Part shown: positions 1 to 8,880 of the stretch, piece after piece
Layout: every line of letters starts with the position of its first letter
Numbering within the stretch: the first letter of the stretch is position 1
NCBI RefSeq assembly: GCF_044324785.1
Contig: NZ_CP172127.1
DNA: 64,000 nt
Source of the DNA: Escherichia coli
GTDB lineage: Bacteria > Pseudomonadota > Gammaproteobacteria > Enterobacterales > Enterobacteriaceae
Strand: one strand, 5' to 3'
The notes under the pieces: generated by a model
Databases searched by the model: none
Seen by the model: only the letters and a program-made list of their open reading frames with translations
Told to the model about the DNA's origin: nothing
Made by a program: the position numbers and the translations under genes

Positions 1-297
1 CAAGGTATCGCGCATGTCGTTATTTCACTGGGTGCCGAAGGCGCGCTTTGGGTTAATGCCTCCGGCGAATGGATCGCCAAACCACCGTCAGTCGATGTCG
101 TAAGCACCGTTGGCGCAGGGGATTCTATGGTTGGTGGCCTGATTTATGGCTTGCTGATGCGTGAATCCAGTGAACACACACTGCGTCTGGCGACAGCTGT
201 TGCAGCCCTGGCGGTAAGTCAAAGCAATGTGGGTATTACCGATCGTCCGCAGTTGGCCGCAATGATGGCGCGCGTCGACTTACAACCTTTTAACTGA
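1..297 (+). CDS. fruK: 1-phosphofructokinase, C-terminal fragment (5' end outside window)
   Basis: Frame-1 translation ends ...GAGDSMVGG...DLQPFN-stop; PfkB GAGD signature; sits immediately upstream of fruA as in the fruBKA operon. Confidence 0.85.
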   Translation, partial: QGIAHVVISLGAEGALWVNASGEWIAKPPSVDVVSTVGAGDSMVGGLIYGLLMRESSEHTLRLATAVAALAVSQSNVGITDRPQLAAMMARVDLQPFN

Positions 298-313
298 CAG
301 CAGGAGAGGCATA

Positions 314-2005
314 ATGAAAACGCTGCTGATTATTGACGCTAATCTCGGTCAGGCACGCGCCTATATGGCGAAGACCCTGCTGGGCGCGGCGGCGCGAAAA
401 GCAAAACTGGAAATCATCGACAATCCGAACGACGCTGAAATGGCGATTGTTCTCGGTGATTCCATCCCGAACGACAGCGCGCTGAACGGTAAAAATGTCT
501 GGCTGGGCGATATTTCCCGGGCAGTTGCGCACCCTGAGCTGTTCCTGAGTGAAGCCAAAGGCCATGCGAAACCTTACACTGCGCCGGTCGCTGCGGCAGC
601 ACCGGTTGCCGCCAGCGGTCCGAAACGCGTAGTTGCGGTGACTGCTTGCCCGACTGGCGTAGCACACACCTTTATGGCGGCTGAAGCCATTGAAACCGAA
701 GCGAAAAAACGTGGCTGGTGGGTGAAAGTTGAAACCCGTGGTTCGGTTGGCGCGGGTAATGCAATCACCCCTGAAGAAGTAGCCGCAGCGGATCTGGTGA
801 TTGTGGCGGCAGATATTGAAGTGGATCTGGCGAAATTTGCTGGTAAACCGATGTATCGCACCTCTACCGGTCTGGCGCTGAAGAAAACCGCGCAGGAGCT
901 GGATAAAGCGGTTGCTGAAGCAACGCCGTATGAACCGGCGGGCAAAGCTCAAACGGCGACCACTGAAGGTAAGAAAGAGAGTGCAGGCGCTTATCGTCAC
1001 TTGCTGACGGGCGTTTCTTACATGCTGCCGATGGTCGTTGCAGGTGGTCTGTGTATCGCGCTTTCCTTTGCTTTTGGTATCGAAGCGTTTAAAGAGCCGG
1101 GTACGTTGGCAGCGGCGCTGATGCAGATTGGTGGTGGTTCAGCCTTTGCGCTGATGGTGCCGGTACTGGCAGGTTATATTGCCTTCTCCATTGCCGATCG
1201 TCCGGGTCTCACGCCGGGTCTGATTGGCGGTATGCTGGCGGTCAGCACTGGTTCTGGCTTCATTGGCGGTATTATTGCGGGCTTCCTGGCTGGTTACATT
1301 GCGAAGTTAATCAGTACGCAATTGAAACTGCCACAGAGTATGGAGGCGCTGAAACCGATTCTGATCATTCCGCTAATTTCCAGTCTGGTGGTCGGTCTGG
1401 CGATGATCTACCTGATCGGTAAACCGGTTGCTGGCATTCTCGAAGGGTTGACTCACTGGCTGCAGACCATGGGGACTGCGAATGCGGTTCTGCTGGGGGC
1501 GATCCTCGGTGGCATGATGTGTACTGACATGGGCGGTCCGGTAAACAAAGCAGCGTACGCGTTCGGTGTGGGTCTGCTGAGTACTCAAACCTATGGCCCG
1601 ATGGCGGCGATTATGGCGGCAGGTATGGTGCCACCGCTGGCAATGGGCCTGGCAACAATGGTGGCGCGTCGCAAATTCGACAAAGCGCAGCAGGAAGGGG
1701 GCAAAGCCGCTCTGGTATTGGGACTGTGCTTCATTTCGGAAGGTGCAATTCCGTTTGCTGCTCGTGATCCGATGCGTGTGCTGCCGTGCTGTATCGTGGG
1801 TGGGGCGCTGACTGGCGCAATCTCAATGGCGATTGGTGCGAAACTGATGGCACCGCACGGTGGTCTGTTTGTTCTGCTGATCCCTGGCGCGATTACGCCG
1901 GTATTGGGTTACCTGGTAGCCATTATTGCCGGTACGCTGGTGGCGGGTCTGGCCTATGCCTTCCTGAAACGTCCGGAAGTGGACGCAGTAGCGAAAGTAG
2001 CTTAA
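314..2005 (+). CDS. fruA: PTS fructose-specific EIIB'BC component
   Basis: 563-aa ORF with ATG start and SD caggagagg; N-terminal IIB-like domains followed by polytopic hydrophobic IIC domain; length matches K-12 FruA. Confidence 0.93.
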   Translation: MKTLLIIDANLGQARAYMAKTLLGAAARKAKLEIIDNPNDAEMAIVLGDSIPNDSALNGKNVWLGDISRAVAHPELFLSEAKGHAKPYTAPVAAAAPVAASGPKRVVAVTACPTGVAHTFMAAEAIETEAKKRGWWVKVETRGSVGAGNAITPEEVAAADLVIVAADIEVDLAKFAGKPMYRTSTGLALKKTAQELDKAVAEATPYEPAGKAQTATTEGKKESAGAYRHLLTGVSYMLPMVVAGGLCIALSFAFGIEAFKEPGTLAAALMQIGGGSAFALMVPVLAGYIAFSIADRPGLTPGLIGGMLAVSTGSGFIGGIIAGFLAGYIAKLISTQLKLPQSMEALKPILIIPLISSLVVGLAMIYLIGKPVAGILEGLTHWLQTMGTANAVLLGAILGGMMCTDMGGPVNKAAYAFGVGLLSTQTYGPMAAIMAAGMVPPLAMGLATMVARRKFDKAQQEGGKAALVLGLCFISEGAIPFAARDPMRVLPCCIVGGALTGAISMAIGAKLMAPHGGLFVLLIPGAITPVLGYLVAIIAGTLVAGLAYAFLKRPEVDAVAKVA

Positions 2006-2019
2006 TAAAACGTGAACGA

Positions 2020-2042
2020 CAGGGCAGAAATTTCCTGCCCTG
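2020..2042 (+). terminator. Hairpin 15 nt after fruA stop (8-bp stem cagggcag/ctgccctg, 7-nt loop), weak U-tract
   Basis: Inverted repeat read directly; followed by tatcattt. Confidence 0.4.
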
Positions 2043-2159
2043 TATCATTTGAAGATCGCAAGGTGACTGACTAGTTCTTGAGGGTAACTATATGAATTTT
2101 ATGTTTTTATCTTTAAGTTGAAACCAGAAATCTCATCAAACGTTAATGTTATTTCCTCA

Positions 2160-2187
2160 AGGGCAGATTATTTTCTGCCCTTTTTTA
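2160..2187 (+). terminator. Rho-independent terminator (stem agggcaga/tctgccct followed by TTTTTT)
   Basis: GC-rich 8-bp stem plus 6-T run read directly; stem sequence nearly identical to the hairpin at 2020-2042. Confidence 0.6.
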
Positions 2188-2323
2188 TTGTTCCTGTTCT
2201 GTGCATCCCGTCACAAATTCCCCGTTTTTATAATTCAGGCATTTAATCGCGTTTTGTGAGCCTGCTCAAATCTGCCCATTTTGCCTCTCTGGCGGTAATT
2301 TACTTTACGTAAAACATGCATAC

Positions 2324-2359
2324 TATGAGCACATGTTTAAATATGAACACATGTTTAAA
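2324..2359. repeat. Tandem 18-bp direct repeat (tatgaGcacatgtttaaa / tatgaAcacatgtttaaa) about 70 bp upstream of psuK
   Basis: 17/18 identical adjacent copies, each containing the palindrome ACATGT; candidate regulator binding sites in the psuK promoter. Confidence 0.7.
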
Positions 2360-2426
2360 CCGTCTTTGCAGTATCAATATTCTTGTGGATTGACAGGGTT
2401 GGTAATTTTTTACCAGAGGACGTGCT

Positions 2427-3368
2427 ATGCGCGAAAAGGATTATGTCGTAATTATAGGTTCGGCGAATATTGATGTCGCCGGATATTCACATGAATCATT
2501 AAATTATGCGGATTCAAATCCAGGTAAAATAAAATTTACGCCTGGTGGAGTCGGGCGCAATATTGCACAAAACCTGGCGTTGCTGGGGAACAAAGCCTGG
2601 CTACTGAGCGCCGTAGGCAGTGATTTTTATGGTCAATCGCTGCTAACGCAAACCAATCAATCTGGCGTTTATGTCGATAAATGCCTGATAGTGCCGGGAG
2701 AAAATACGTCAAGCTATTTATCATTACTCGATAATACCGGTGAAATGCTGGTTGCTATAAATGACATGAATATTAGCAACGCTATTACAGCTGAATATCT
2801 CGCACAGCACCGTGAATTTATTCAGAGGGCAAAGGTCATTGTCGCAGACTGTAATATCAGTGAAGAGGCACTGGCATGGATTCTGGATAATGCCGCCAAC
2901 GTACCTGTATTTGTCGATCCTGTTTCCGCGTGGAAATGTGTCAAAGTGCGCGACCGTCTAAATCAAATCCACACTCTCAAGCCAAACCGCCTTGAAGCGG
3001 AAACCCTGAGTGGGATTGCGCTGTCAGGGCGTGAAGATGTGGCAAAAGTTGCTGCCTGGTTCCATCAACATGGCCTGAACCGACTGGTATTGAGCATGGG
3101 CGGCGACGGCGTTTATTACAGCGATATCAGCGGTGAAAGTGGCTGGTCTGCGCCGATCAAAACCAATGTTATTAATGTTACCGGAGCGGGCGATGCCATG
3201 ATGGCGGGGCTTGCTTCGTGTTGGGTAGACGGAATGCCGTTTGCCGAATCTGTTCGTTTCGCACAGGGATGTTCGTCAATGGCGCTCTCCTGTGAATACA
3301 CCAATAACCCCGATTTATCGATTGCCAACGTTATATCGTTAGTGGAGAACGCAGAATGTCTGAATTAA
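2427..3368 (+). CDS. psuK: Pseudouridine kinase (PfkB family)
   Basis: 313 aa; GAGDAMMAG PfkB signature; SD agagga; position and length as K-12 PsuK (YeiC). Confidence 0.9.
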   Translation: MREKDYVVIIGSANIDVAGYSHESLNYADSNPGKIKFTPGGVGRNIAQNLALLGNKAWLLSAVGSDFYGQSLLTQTNQSGVYVDKCLIVPGENTSSYLSLLDNTGEMLVAINDMNISNAITAEYLAQHREFIQRAKVIVADCNISEEALAWILDNAANVPVFVDPVSAWKCVKVRDRLNQIHTLKPNRLEAETLSGIALSGREDVAKVAAWFHQHGLNRLVLSMGGDGVYYSDISGESGWSAPIKTNVINVTGAGDAMMAGLASCWVDGMPFAESVRFAQGCSSMALSCEYTNNPDLSIANVISLVENAECLN

Positions 3369-4294
3369 AAATTTCCCCTGAATTATTACAAATTTCCCCA
3401 GAAGTGCAGGACGCTTTAAAAAACAAAAAACCGATCGTGGCGCTGGAATCGACCATTATTTCTCACGGGATGCCGTTCCCACAAAATGCCCAGACCGCAA
3501 TTGAAGTTGAAGAAACTATTCGTAAACAGGGCGCGGTACCTGCCACTATCGCCATTATTGGCGGCGTGATGAAAGTGGGTTTAAGCAAAGAAGAAATTGA
3601 ATTGCTGGGTCGTGAAGGGCATAACGTGACCAAAGTTAGTCGTCGCGATTTACCTTTTGTTGTTGCCGCAGGGAAAAATGGCGCAACCACCGTTGCTTCA
3701 ACGATGATTATTGCGGCGCTTGCCGGAATTAGAGTATTTGCCACCGGGGGAATTGGTGGTGTGCATCGCGGGGCGGAACATACCTTCGATATTTCTGCCG
3801 ATTTGCAAGAGCTGGCAAATACTAATGTCACCGTTGTTTGTGCCGGGGCGAAATCTATTCTCGATTTAGGATTAACCACTGAGTATTTAGAAACTTTCGG
3901 TGTACCGCTAATTGGCTATCAGACCAAAGCGCTGCCTGCGTTTTTCTGCCGTACCAGCCCGTTTGACGTCAGCATTCGTCTCGACAGCGCCAGTGAAATT
4001 GCCCGTGCAATGGCGGTGAAATGGCAAAGCGGGCTGAACGGTGGCCTCGTGGTAGCGAACCCGATCCCGGAACAGTTTGCGATGCCGGAGGAATCTATCA
4101 ATGCAGCCATAGATCAAGCCGTCGCCGAAGCCGAAGAGCAGGGCGTTATTGGTAAAGAAAGCACACCGTTCCTGCTGGCTCGTGTTGCTGAACTGACTGG
4201 CGGTGACAGCCTGAAATCCAACATCCAGCTGGTGTTCAACAACGCCATTCTGGCGAGCGAAATTGCCAAAGAATATCAGCGTCTCGCGGGTTAA
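3356..4294 (+). CDS. psuG: Pseudouridine-5'-phosphate glycosidase
   Basis: 312 aa, overlaps psuK stop by 13 nt (translational coupling); length and position as K-12 PsuG (YeiN). Confidence 0.9.
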   Translation: MSELKISPELLQISPEVQDALKNKKPIVALESTIISHGMPFPQNAQTAIEVEETIRKQGAVPATIAIIGGVMKVGLSKEEIELLGREGHNVTKVSRRDLPFVVAAGKNGATTVASTMIIAALAGIRVFATGGIGGVHRGAEHTFDISADLQELANTNVTVVCAGAKSILDLGLTTEYLETFGVPLIGYQTKALPAFFCRTSPFDVSIRLDSASEIARAMAVKWQSGLNGGLVVANPIPEQFAMPEESINAAIDQAVAEAEEQGVIGKESTPFLLARVAELTGGDSLKSNIQLVFNNAILASEIAKEYQRLAG

Positions 4295-4321
4295 TTTCTG
4301 ACGGGCAGAAAGCCGTCGCCC
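4294..4321 (+). promoter_or_regulatory. Conserved 28-nt leader element (atttctgaCgggcagaaagccgtcgccc) with 5-bp stem hairpin, upstream of psuT
   Basis: 27/28 identical to the element at 7522-7549 upstream of the paralog nupX. Confidence 0.5.
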
Positions 4322-4387
4322 GTACTCATCAAGCATACCAAAACCTGGCGCTGACGCCGGGTTTACTGGCATGAAGGGAAAATCATT

Positions 4388-5638
4388 ATGGATATAATGA
4401 GAAGTGTTGTGGGGATGGTGGTGTTACTGGCAATAGCATTTCTGTTGTCAGTGAATAAAAAGAGCATCAGTTTGCGCACGGTTGGAGCCGCACTGCTGCT
4501 GCAAATTGCCATTGGTGGCATCATGCTCTATTTTCCGCCGGGAAAATGGGCAGTAGAACAGGCGGCATTAGGCGTTCATAAAGTGATGTCTTACAGTGAT
4601 GCCGGTAGCGCCTTCATTTTTGGTTCGCTGGTCGGGCCGAAAATGGATGTCCTCTTTGACGGTGCGGGTTTTATCTTTGCCTTTCGCGTACTCCCGGCGA
4701 TTATCTTCGTCACTGCGCTCATCAGCCTGCTGTACTACATTGGCGTGATGGGGCTGCTAATCCGCATTCTTGGCAGTATTTTTCAGAAAGCCCTCAACAT
4801 CAGCAAAATCGAATCTTTTGTTGCGGTTACTACTATTTTCCTCGGGCAAAATGAGATCCCGGCGATCGTAAAACCGTTTATCGATCGCATGAATCGCAAC
4901 GAGCTATTTACGGCAATTTGTAGCGGGATGGCGTCCATTGCCGGTTCGATGATGATTGGTTATGCCGGAATGGGCGTACCAATTGACTACCTGTTAGCGG
5001 CATCGCTGATGGCGATCCCTGGTGGTATTTTGTTTGCACGTATTCTTAGCCCAGCCACCGAGCCTTCGCAGGTGACATTTGAAAATCTGTCGTTCAGCGA
5101 AACGCCGCCAAAAAGCTTTATCGAAGCAGCGGCGAGCGGTGCGATGACCGGGTTGAAAATCGCCGCTGGTGTGGCGACGGTGGTAATGGCGTTTGTCGCA
5201 ATTATTGCGCTGATCAACGGTATTATCGGCGGAATTGGCGGCTGGTTTGGTTTTGCCAATGCCTCTCTGGAAAGTATTTTTGGCTATGTGCTGGCACCGC
5301 TGGCGTGGATCATGGGTGTGGACTGGAGTGATGCCAACCTGGCGGGTAGCCTGATTGGGCAGAAACTGGCGATTAACGAATTCGTCGCTTACCTGAGTTT
5401 CTCCCCATACCTGCAAACGGGCGGCACGCTGGAAGTGAAAACCATTGCGATTATCTCCTTTGCGCTTTGTGGTTTTGCTAACTTTGGTTCTATCGGTGTT
5501 GTCGTTGGCGCATTTTCGGCTATTTCGCCAAAACGCGCACCGGAAATCGCCCAGCTTGGTTTACGGGCGCTGGCAGCTGCCACGCTTTCCAACCTGATGA
5601 GCGCGACTATTGCCGGGTTCTTTATTGGTTTAGCTTGA
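4388..5638 (+). CDS. psuT: NupC-family nucleoside (pseudouridine) transporter
   Basis: 416 aa polytopic membrane protein, about 85 percent identical by eye to the nupX product in this window; length as K-12 PsuT (YeiM). Confidence 0.9.
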   Translation: MDIMRSVVGMVVLLAIAFLLSVNKKSISLRTVGAALLLQIAIGGIMLYFPPGKWAVEQAALGVHKVMSYSDAGSAFIFGSLVGPKMDVLFDGAGFIFAFRVLPAIIFVTALISLLYYIGVMGLLIRILGSIFQKALNISKIESFVAVTTIFLGQNEIPAIVKPFIDRMNRNELFTAICSGMASIAGSMMIGYAGMGVPIDYLLAASLMAIPGGILFARILSPATEPSQVTFENLSFSETPPKSFIEAAASGAMTGLKIAAGVATVVMAFVAIIALINGIIGGIGGWFGFANASLESIFGYVLAPLAWIMGVDWSDANLAGSLIGQKLAINEFVAYLSFSPYLQTGGTLEVKTIAIISFALCGFANFGSIGVVVGAFSAISPKRAPEIAQLGLRALAAATLSNLMSATIAGFFIGLA

Positions 5639-5705
5639 GTTTCATTGCCGGAGGTACGCGCTTATTAAATGTTGCATCCGGCAATCGCGCTATTGCAAAT
5701 AATTT

Positions 5706-6365
5706 TTACTGCATCATCCCGGAGAATTTATTCTCCGGGTCCATCTCCAGTGCCAGTCCTGACAACTGCTTTCTGTTTTTAATTAGATACCCTTTCTTGC
5801 TTTTAATTAATAAACCGTCGTGAATGAATTGCGCGAGAACATATAAAAGATGTCGATAAGAAACGCCTAAATACTCTGCCGCTTGCGTATGCTTTTCGTG
5901 ATAAAGATCACCTTCCTGCGAGAGTAATATAAAAGCTGCCAGGCGATTCACTAATGGAAATGATTGATTCTGAGTTAAAGAAACAATATTACGATAATTT
6001 TTATGACTTAAGGTGACGCAGAGTTTTCGTAAAAATAGCGTGTCGTTTAATAACAGCGGGCGGTAATGTTTCATAGGGAGCGCAAGGCACCAACACTCTT
6101 CAATAGCCTGCACCGCACGCGGTTCATGGTCTTTGTCGATTAACTCAATCTCGCCAATAAAACAGGGGGCGGCAAAGAAATCGATCAGCGACACGCGACC
6201 ATTAGCTAGCGTGGCGTAAAGCCTGGCGCGGCCTCGCGTCAGGTAAAACAGCCAGGACGGCTGTTGCCCTTCCTGCACAATGTAGTCACGCGCTAAAAAA
6301 TGAAACAGCCGCGTATCGGCTGAAACATCCGTTGAAAAGCAATCCTTAAACGCGGATTCACTCAT
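5706..6365 (-). CDS. yeiL: CRP/FNR-family transcriptional regulator
   Basis: ORF-track 232-aa frame begins at GTG; internal ATG at 6365 gives 219 aa (MSESAFKD...) matching the K-12 YeiL length; cNMP-binding-like fold plus C-terminal HTH. Confidence 0.85.
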   Translation of the reverse strand: MSESAFKDCFSTDVSADTRLFHFLARDYIVQEGQQPSWLFYLTRGRARLYATLANGRVSLIDFFAAPCFIGEIELIDKDHEPRAVQAIEECWCLALPMKHYRPLLLNDTLFLRKLCVTLSHKNYRNIVSLTQNQSFPLVNRLAAFILLSQEGDLYHEKHTQAAEYLGVSYRHLLYVLAQFIHDGLLIKSKKGYLIKNRKQLSGLALEMDPENKFSGMMQ

Positions 6366-6418
6366 CAATTGCTGCTTAAGATCATTATTGTGGATTTCTT
6401 TCACGATGTTTATCCGCT

Positions 6419-6432
6419 ATGAGATTTCTCAT
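6419..6432. promoter_or_regulatory. Perfect palindrome ATGAGA-TT-TCTCAT in the yeiL/rihB divergent promoter region
   Basis: Read directly; 54 bp upstream of the yeiL start, 102 bp upstream of the rihB start. Confidence 0.3.
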
Positions 6433-6533
6433 ATTTAGCATACGTACGCTGTTGTTAAGATTCAATCATCGGCCCGGTCGAATTTTCTTTGCTGTAGAAA
6501 AAATAACGCAACTGGAAACAGAGGAAATAAACA

Positions 6534-7475
6534 ATGGAAAAGAGAAAAATTATTCTGGATTGTGATCCGGGTCATGATGATGCTATTGCAATGATGATGG
6601 CAGCGAAACATCCGGCGATTGATTTATTAGGTATCACCATTGTAGCGGGTAATCAGACGCTTGATAAAACATTAATTAATGGCCTGAATGTTTGCCAGAA
6701 ACTGGAGATTAATGTTCCGGTTTATGCGGGGATGCCACAGCCCATTATGCGGCAACAAATTGTTGCCGATAATATTCACGGTGAAACCGGACTGGATGGC
6801 CCGGTATTCGAGCCGCTGACCCGCCAGGCAGAAAGCACTCATGCGGTGAAATATATCATCGATACCCTGATGGCAAGCGATGGCGATATCACTCTGGTGC
6901 CGGTTGGTCCGCTTTCAAATATCGCGGTGGCAATGCGTATGCAACCCGCGATCCTGCCCAAAATCCGTGAAATTGTGCTAATGGGCGGCGCTTACGGTAC
7001 AGGCAACTTCACCCCATCTGCCGAGTTCAACATCTTTGCCGACCCGGAAGCCGCACGCGTGGTGTTCACCTCCGGCGTTCCGTTGGTGATGATGGGCCTC
7101 GATCTCACCAACCAGACTGTTTGCACCCCGGACGTGATTGCCCGGATGGAAAGGGTAGGCGGCCCCGCCGGAGAGCTGTTCAGCGACATCATGAATTTCA
7201 CTCTAAAAACGCAGTTCGAAAACTACGGCCTGGCTGGCGGCCCGGTGCATGACGCCACCTGCATCGGTTATCTGATTAACCCTGATGGCATTAAAACCCA
7301 GGAGATGTACGTCGAAGTGGACGTTAACAGCGGCCCTTGCTACGGGCGTACGGTCTGCGACGAGCTGGGCGTTCTTGGCAAGCCCGCCAATACCAAAGTC
7401 GGCATCACTATTGATACCGACTGGTTCTGGGGATTAGTCGAAGAGTGCGTGCGCGGCTACATCAAAACCCATTAA
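6534..7475 (+). CDS. rihB: Pyrimidine-specific ribonucleoside hydrolase
   Basis: 313 aa; N-terminal DCDPGHDD nucleoside-hydrolase motif. Confidence 0.9.
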   Translation: MEKRKIILDCDPGHDDAIAMMMAAKHPAIDLLGITIVAGNQTLDKTLINGLNVCQKLEINVPVYAGMPQPIMRQQIVADNIHGETGLDGPVFEPLTRQAESTHAVKYIIDTLMASDGDITLVPVGPLSNIAVAMRMQPAILPKIREIVLMGGAYGTGNFTPSAEFNIFADPEAARVVFTSGVPLVMMGLDLTNQTVCTPDVIARMERVGGPAGELFSDIMNFTLKTQFENYGLAGGPVHDATCIGYLINPDGIKTQEMYVEVDVNSGPCYGRTVCDELGVLGKPANTKVGITIDTDWFWGLVEECVRGYIKTH

Positions 7476-7521
7476 GTGTTGATAACAAGCCGGATCAGTG
7501 TCGCAAGATGCAGGCCCGGCT

Positions 7522-7549
7522 ATTTCTGATGGGCAGAAAGCCGTCGCCC
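7522..7549 (+). promoter_or_regulatory. Conserved 28-nt leader element (atttctgaTgggcagaaagccgtcgccc) upstream of nupX
   Basis: Near-identical copy of 4294-4321; the C-to-T change keeps the stem as a G-U pair. Confidence 0.5.
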
Positions 7550-7574
7550 AAAATGACATGAAGAGATAATAACT

Positions 7575-8825
7575 ATGGATGTCATGAGAAGTGTTCTGGG
7601 AATGGTGGTATTGCTGGCAATTGCGTTTTTGCTGTCAGTAAACAAGAAGAAGATCAGCCTGCGTACCGTTGGCGCGGCGTTAGTGTTACAGGTCGTGATT
7701 GGCGGCATTATGCTTTGGTTACCGCCAGGGCGTTGGGTCGCAGAAAAAGTCGCTTTTGGCGTGCATAAAGTGATGGCGTACAGCGACGCGGGTAGCGCAT
7801 TTATCTTTGGTTCTCTGGTCGGACCGAAAATGGACACCTTATTTGATGGCGCAGGATTTATCTTTGGCTTCAGGGTATTACCGGCAATTATCTTCGTTAC
7901 AGCACTGGTGAGTATTCTCTACTACATCGGTGTGATGGGGATCTTAATTCGAATTCTCGGCGGTATATTCCAGAAAGCATTGAATATCAGCAAGATCGAG
8001 TCATTCGTCGCGGTTACTACCATTTTCCTCGGGCAAAACGAAATTCCGGCAATCGTCAAACCCTTTATCGATCGTCTGAATCGCAATGAATTATTTACAG
8101 CGATTTGTAGTGGCATGGCCTCGATTGCTGGTTCGACAATGATTGGTTATGCCGCTCTGGGCGTGCCTGTGGAATATCTGCTGGCGGCATCGTTAATGGC
8201 GATCCCCGGCGGGATCTTGTTTGCCCGCCTGTTAAGCCCGGCTACCGAATCTTCGCAGGTTTCCTTTAATAACCTCTCTTTCACCGAAACACCGCCAAAA
8301 AGCATTATTGAAGCCGCCGCTACAGGGGCAATGACCGGGCTGAAAATCGCAGCAGGTGTGGCGACAGTGGTGATGGCATTTGTTGCCATCATTGCGTTGA
8401 TTAACGGAATTATCGGCGGCGTTGGCGGCTGGTTTGGTTTTGAACATGCCTCGCTGGAGTCAATTTTAGGTTATCTGTTGGCTCCACTGGCGTGGGTGAT
8501 GGGGGTTGACTGGAGTGATGCGAATCTTGCCGGGAGTTTGATTGGACAGAAACTGGCGATTAATGAATTTGTCGCTTACCTCAATTTCTCACCTTATCTG
8601 CAAACAGCTGGCACTCTGGATGCTAAAACCGTGGCGATTATTTCTTTCGCGTTGTGCGGTTTCGCTAACTTTGGTTCTATCGGGGTGGTGGTTGGCGCAT
8701 TTTCTGCGGTTGCGCCACACCGTGCACCGGAAATCGCCCAGCTTGGTTTACGCGCGCTGGCGGCGGCGACACTTTCTAACCTGATGAGTGCCACCATTGC
8801 AGGATTCTTTATTGGCTTAGCGTAG
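7575..8825 (+). CDS. nupX: NupC-family nucleoside transporter
   Basis: 416 aa, paralog of psuT. Confidence 0.9.
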   Translation: MDVMRSVLGMVVLLAIAFLLSVNKKKISLRTVGAALVLQVVIGGIMLWLPPGRWVAEKVAFGVHKVMAYSDAGSAFIFGSLVGPKMDTLFDGAGFIFGFRVLPAIIFVTALVSILYYIGVMGILIRILGGIFQKALNISKIESFVAVTTIFLGQNEIPAIVKPFIDRLNRNELFTAICSGMASIAGSTMIGYAALGVPVEYLLAASLMAIPGGILFARLLSPATESSQVSFNNLSFTETPPKSIIEAAATGAMTGLKIAAGVATVVMAFVAIIALINGIIGGVGGWFGFEHASLESILGYLLAPLAWVMGVDWSDANLAGSLIGQKLAINEFVAYLNFSPYLQTAGTLDAKTVAIISFALCGFANFGSIGVVVGAFSAVAPHRAPEIAQLGLRALAAATLSNLMSATIAGFFIGLA

Positions 8826-8838
8826 TGCGCGAGTTATG

Positions 8839-8872
8839 AGCCGGATAAGACGCGGTCAAGCGTCGAATCCGG
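8839..8872. repeat. Degenerate REP-like palindromic element between convergent nupX and yeiI
   Basis: gccggataagacgcg...gcgtcgaatccggc, resembles the E. coli REP consensus. Confidence 0.4.
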
Positions 8873-8880
8873 CAACATTG

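Noticed and set aside
290-1000. 236-aa ORF on the minus strand inside fruA
   Set aside because: Entirely antisense to a well-supported gene; Arg/Ser/Cys-rich low-complexity translation typical of antisense frames in GC-rich coding DNA; no RBS or homology signal
2092-2121. 9-codon mini-ORF (MNFMFLSLS) with an SD between the two fruA-psuK hairpins
   Set aside because: Too short to support as a gene from sequence alone; kept only as a speculative leader-peptide possibility in the findings
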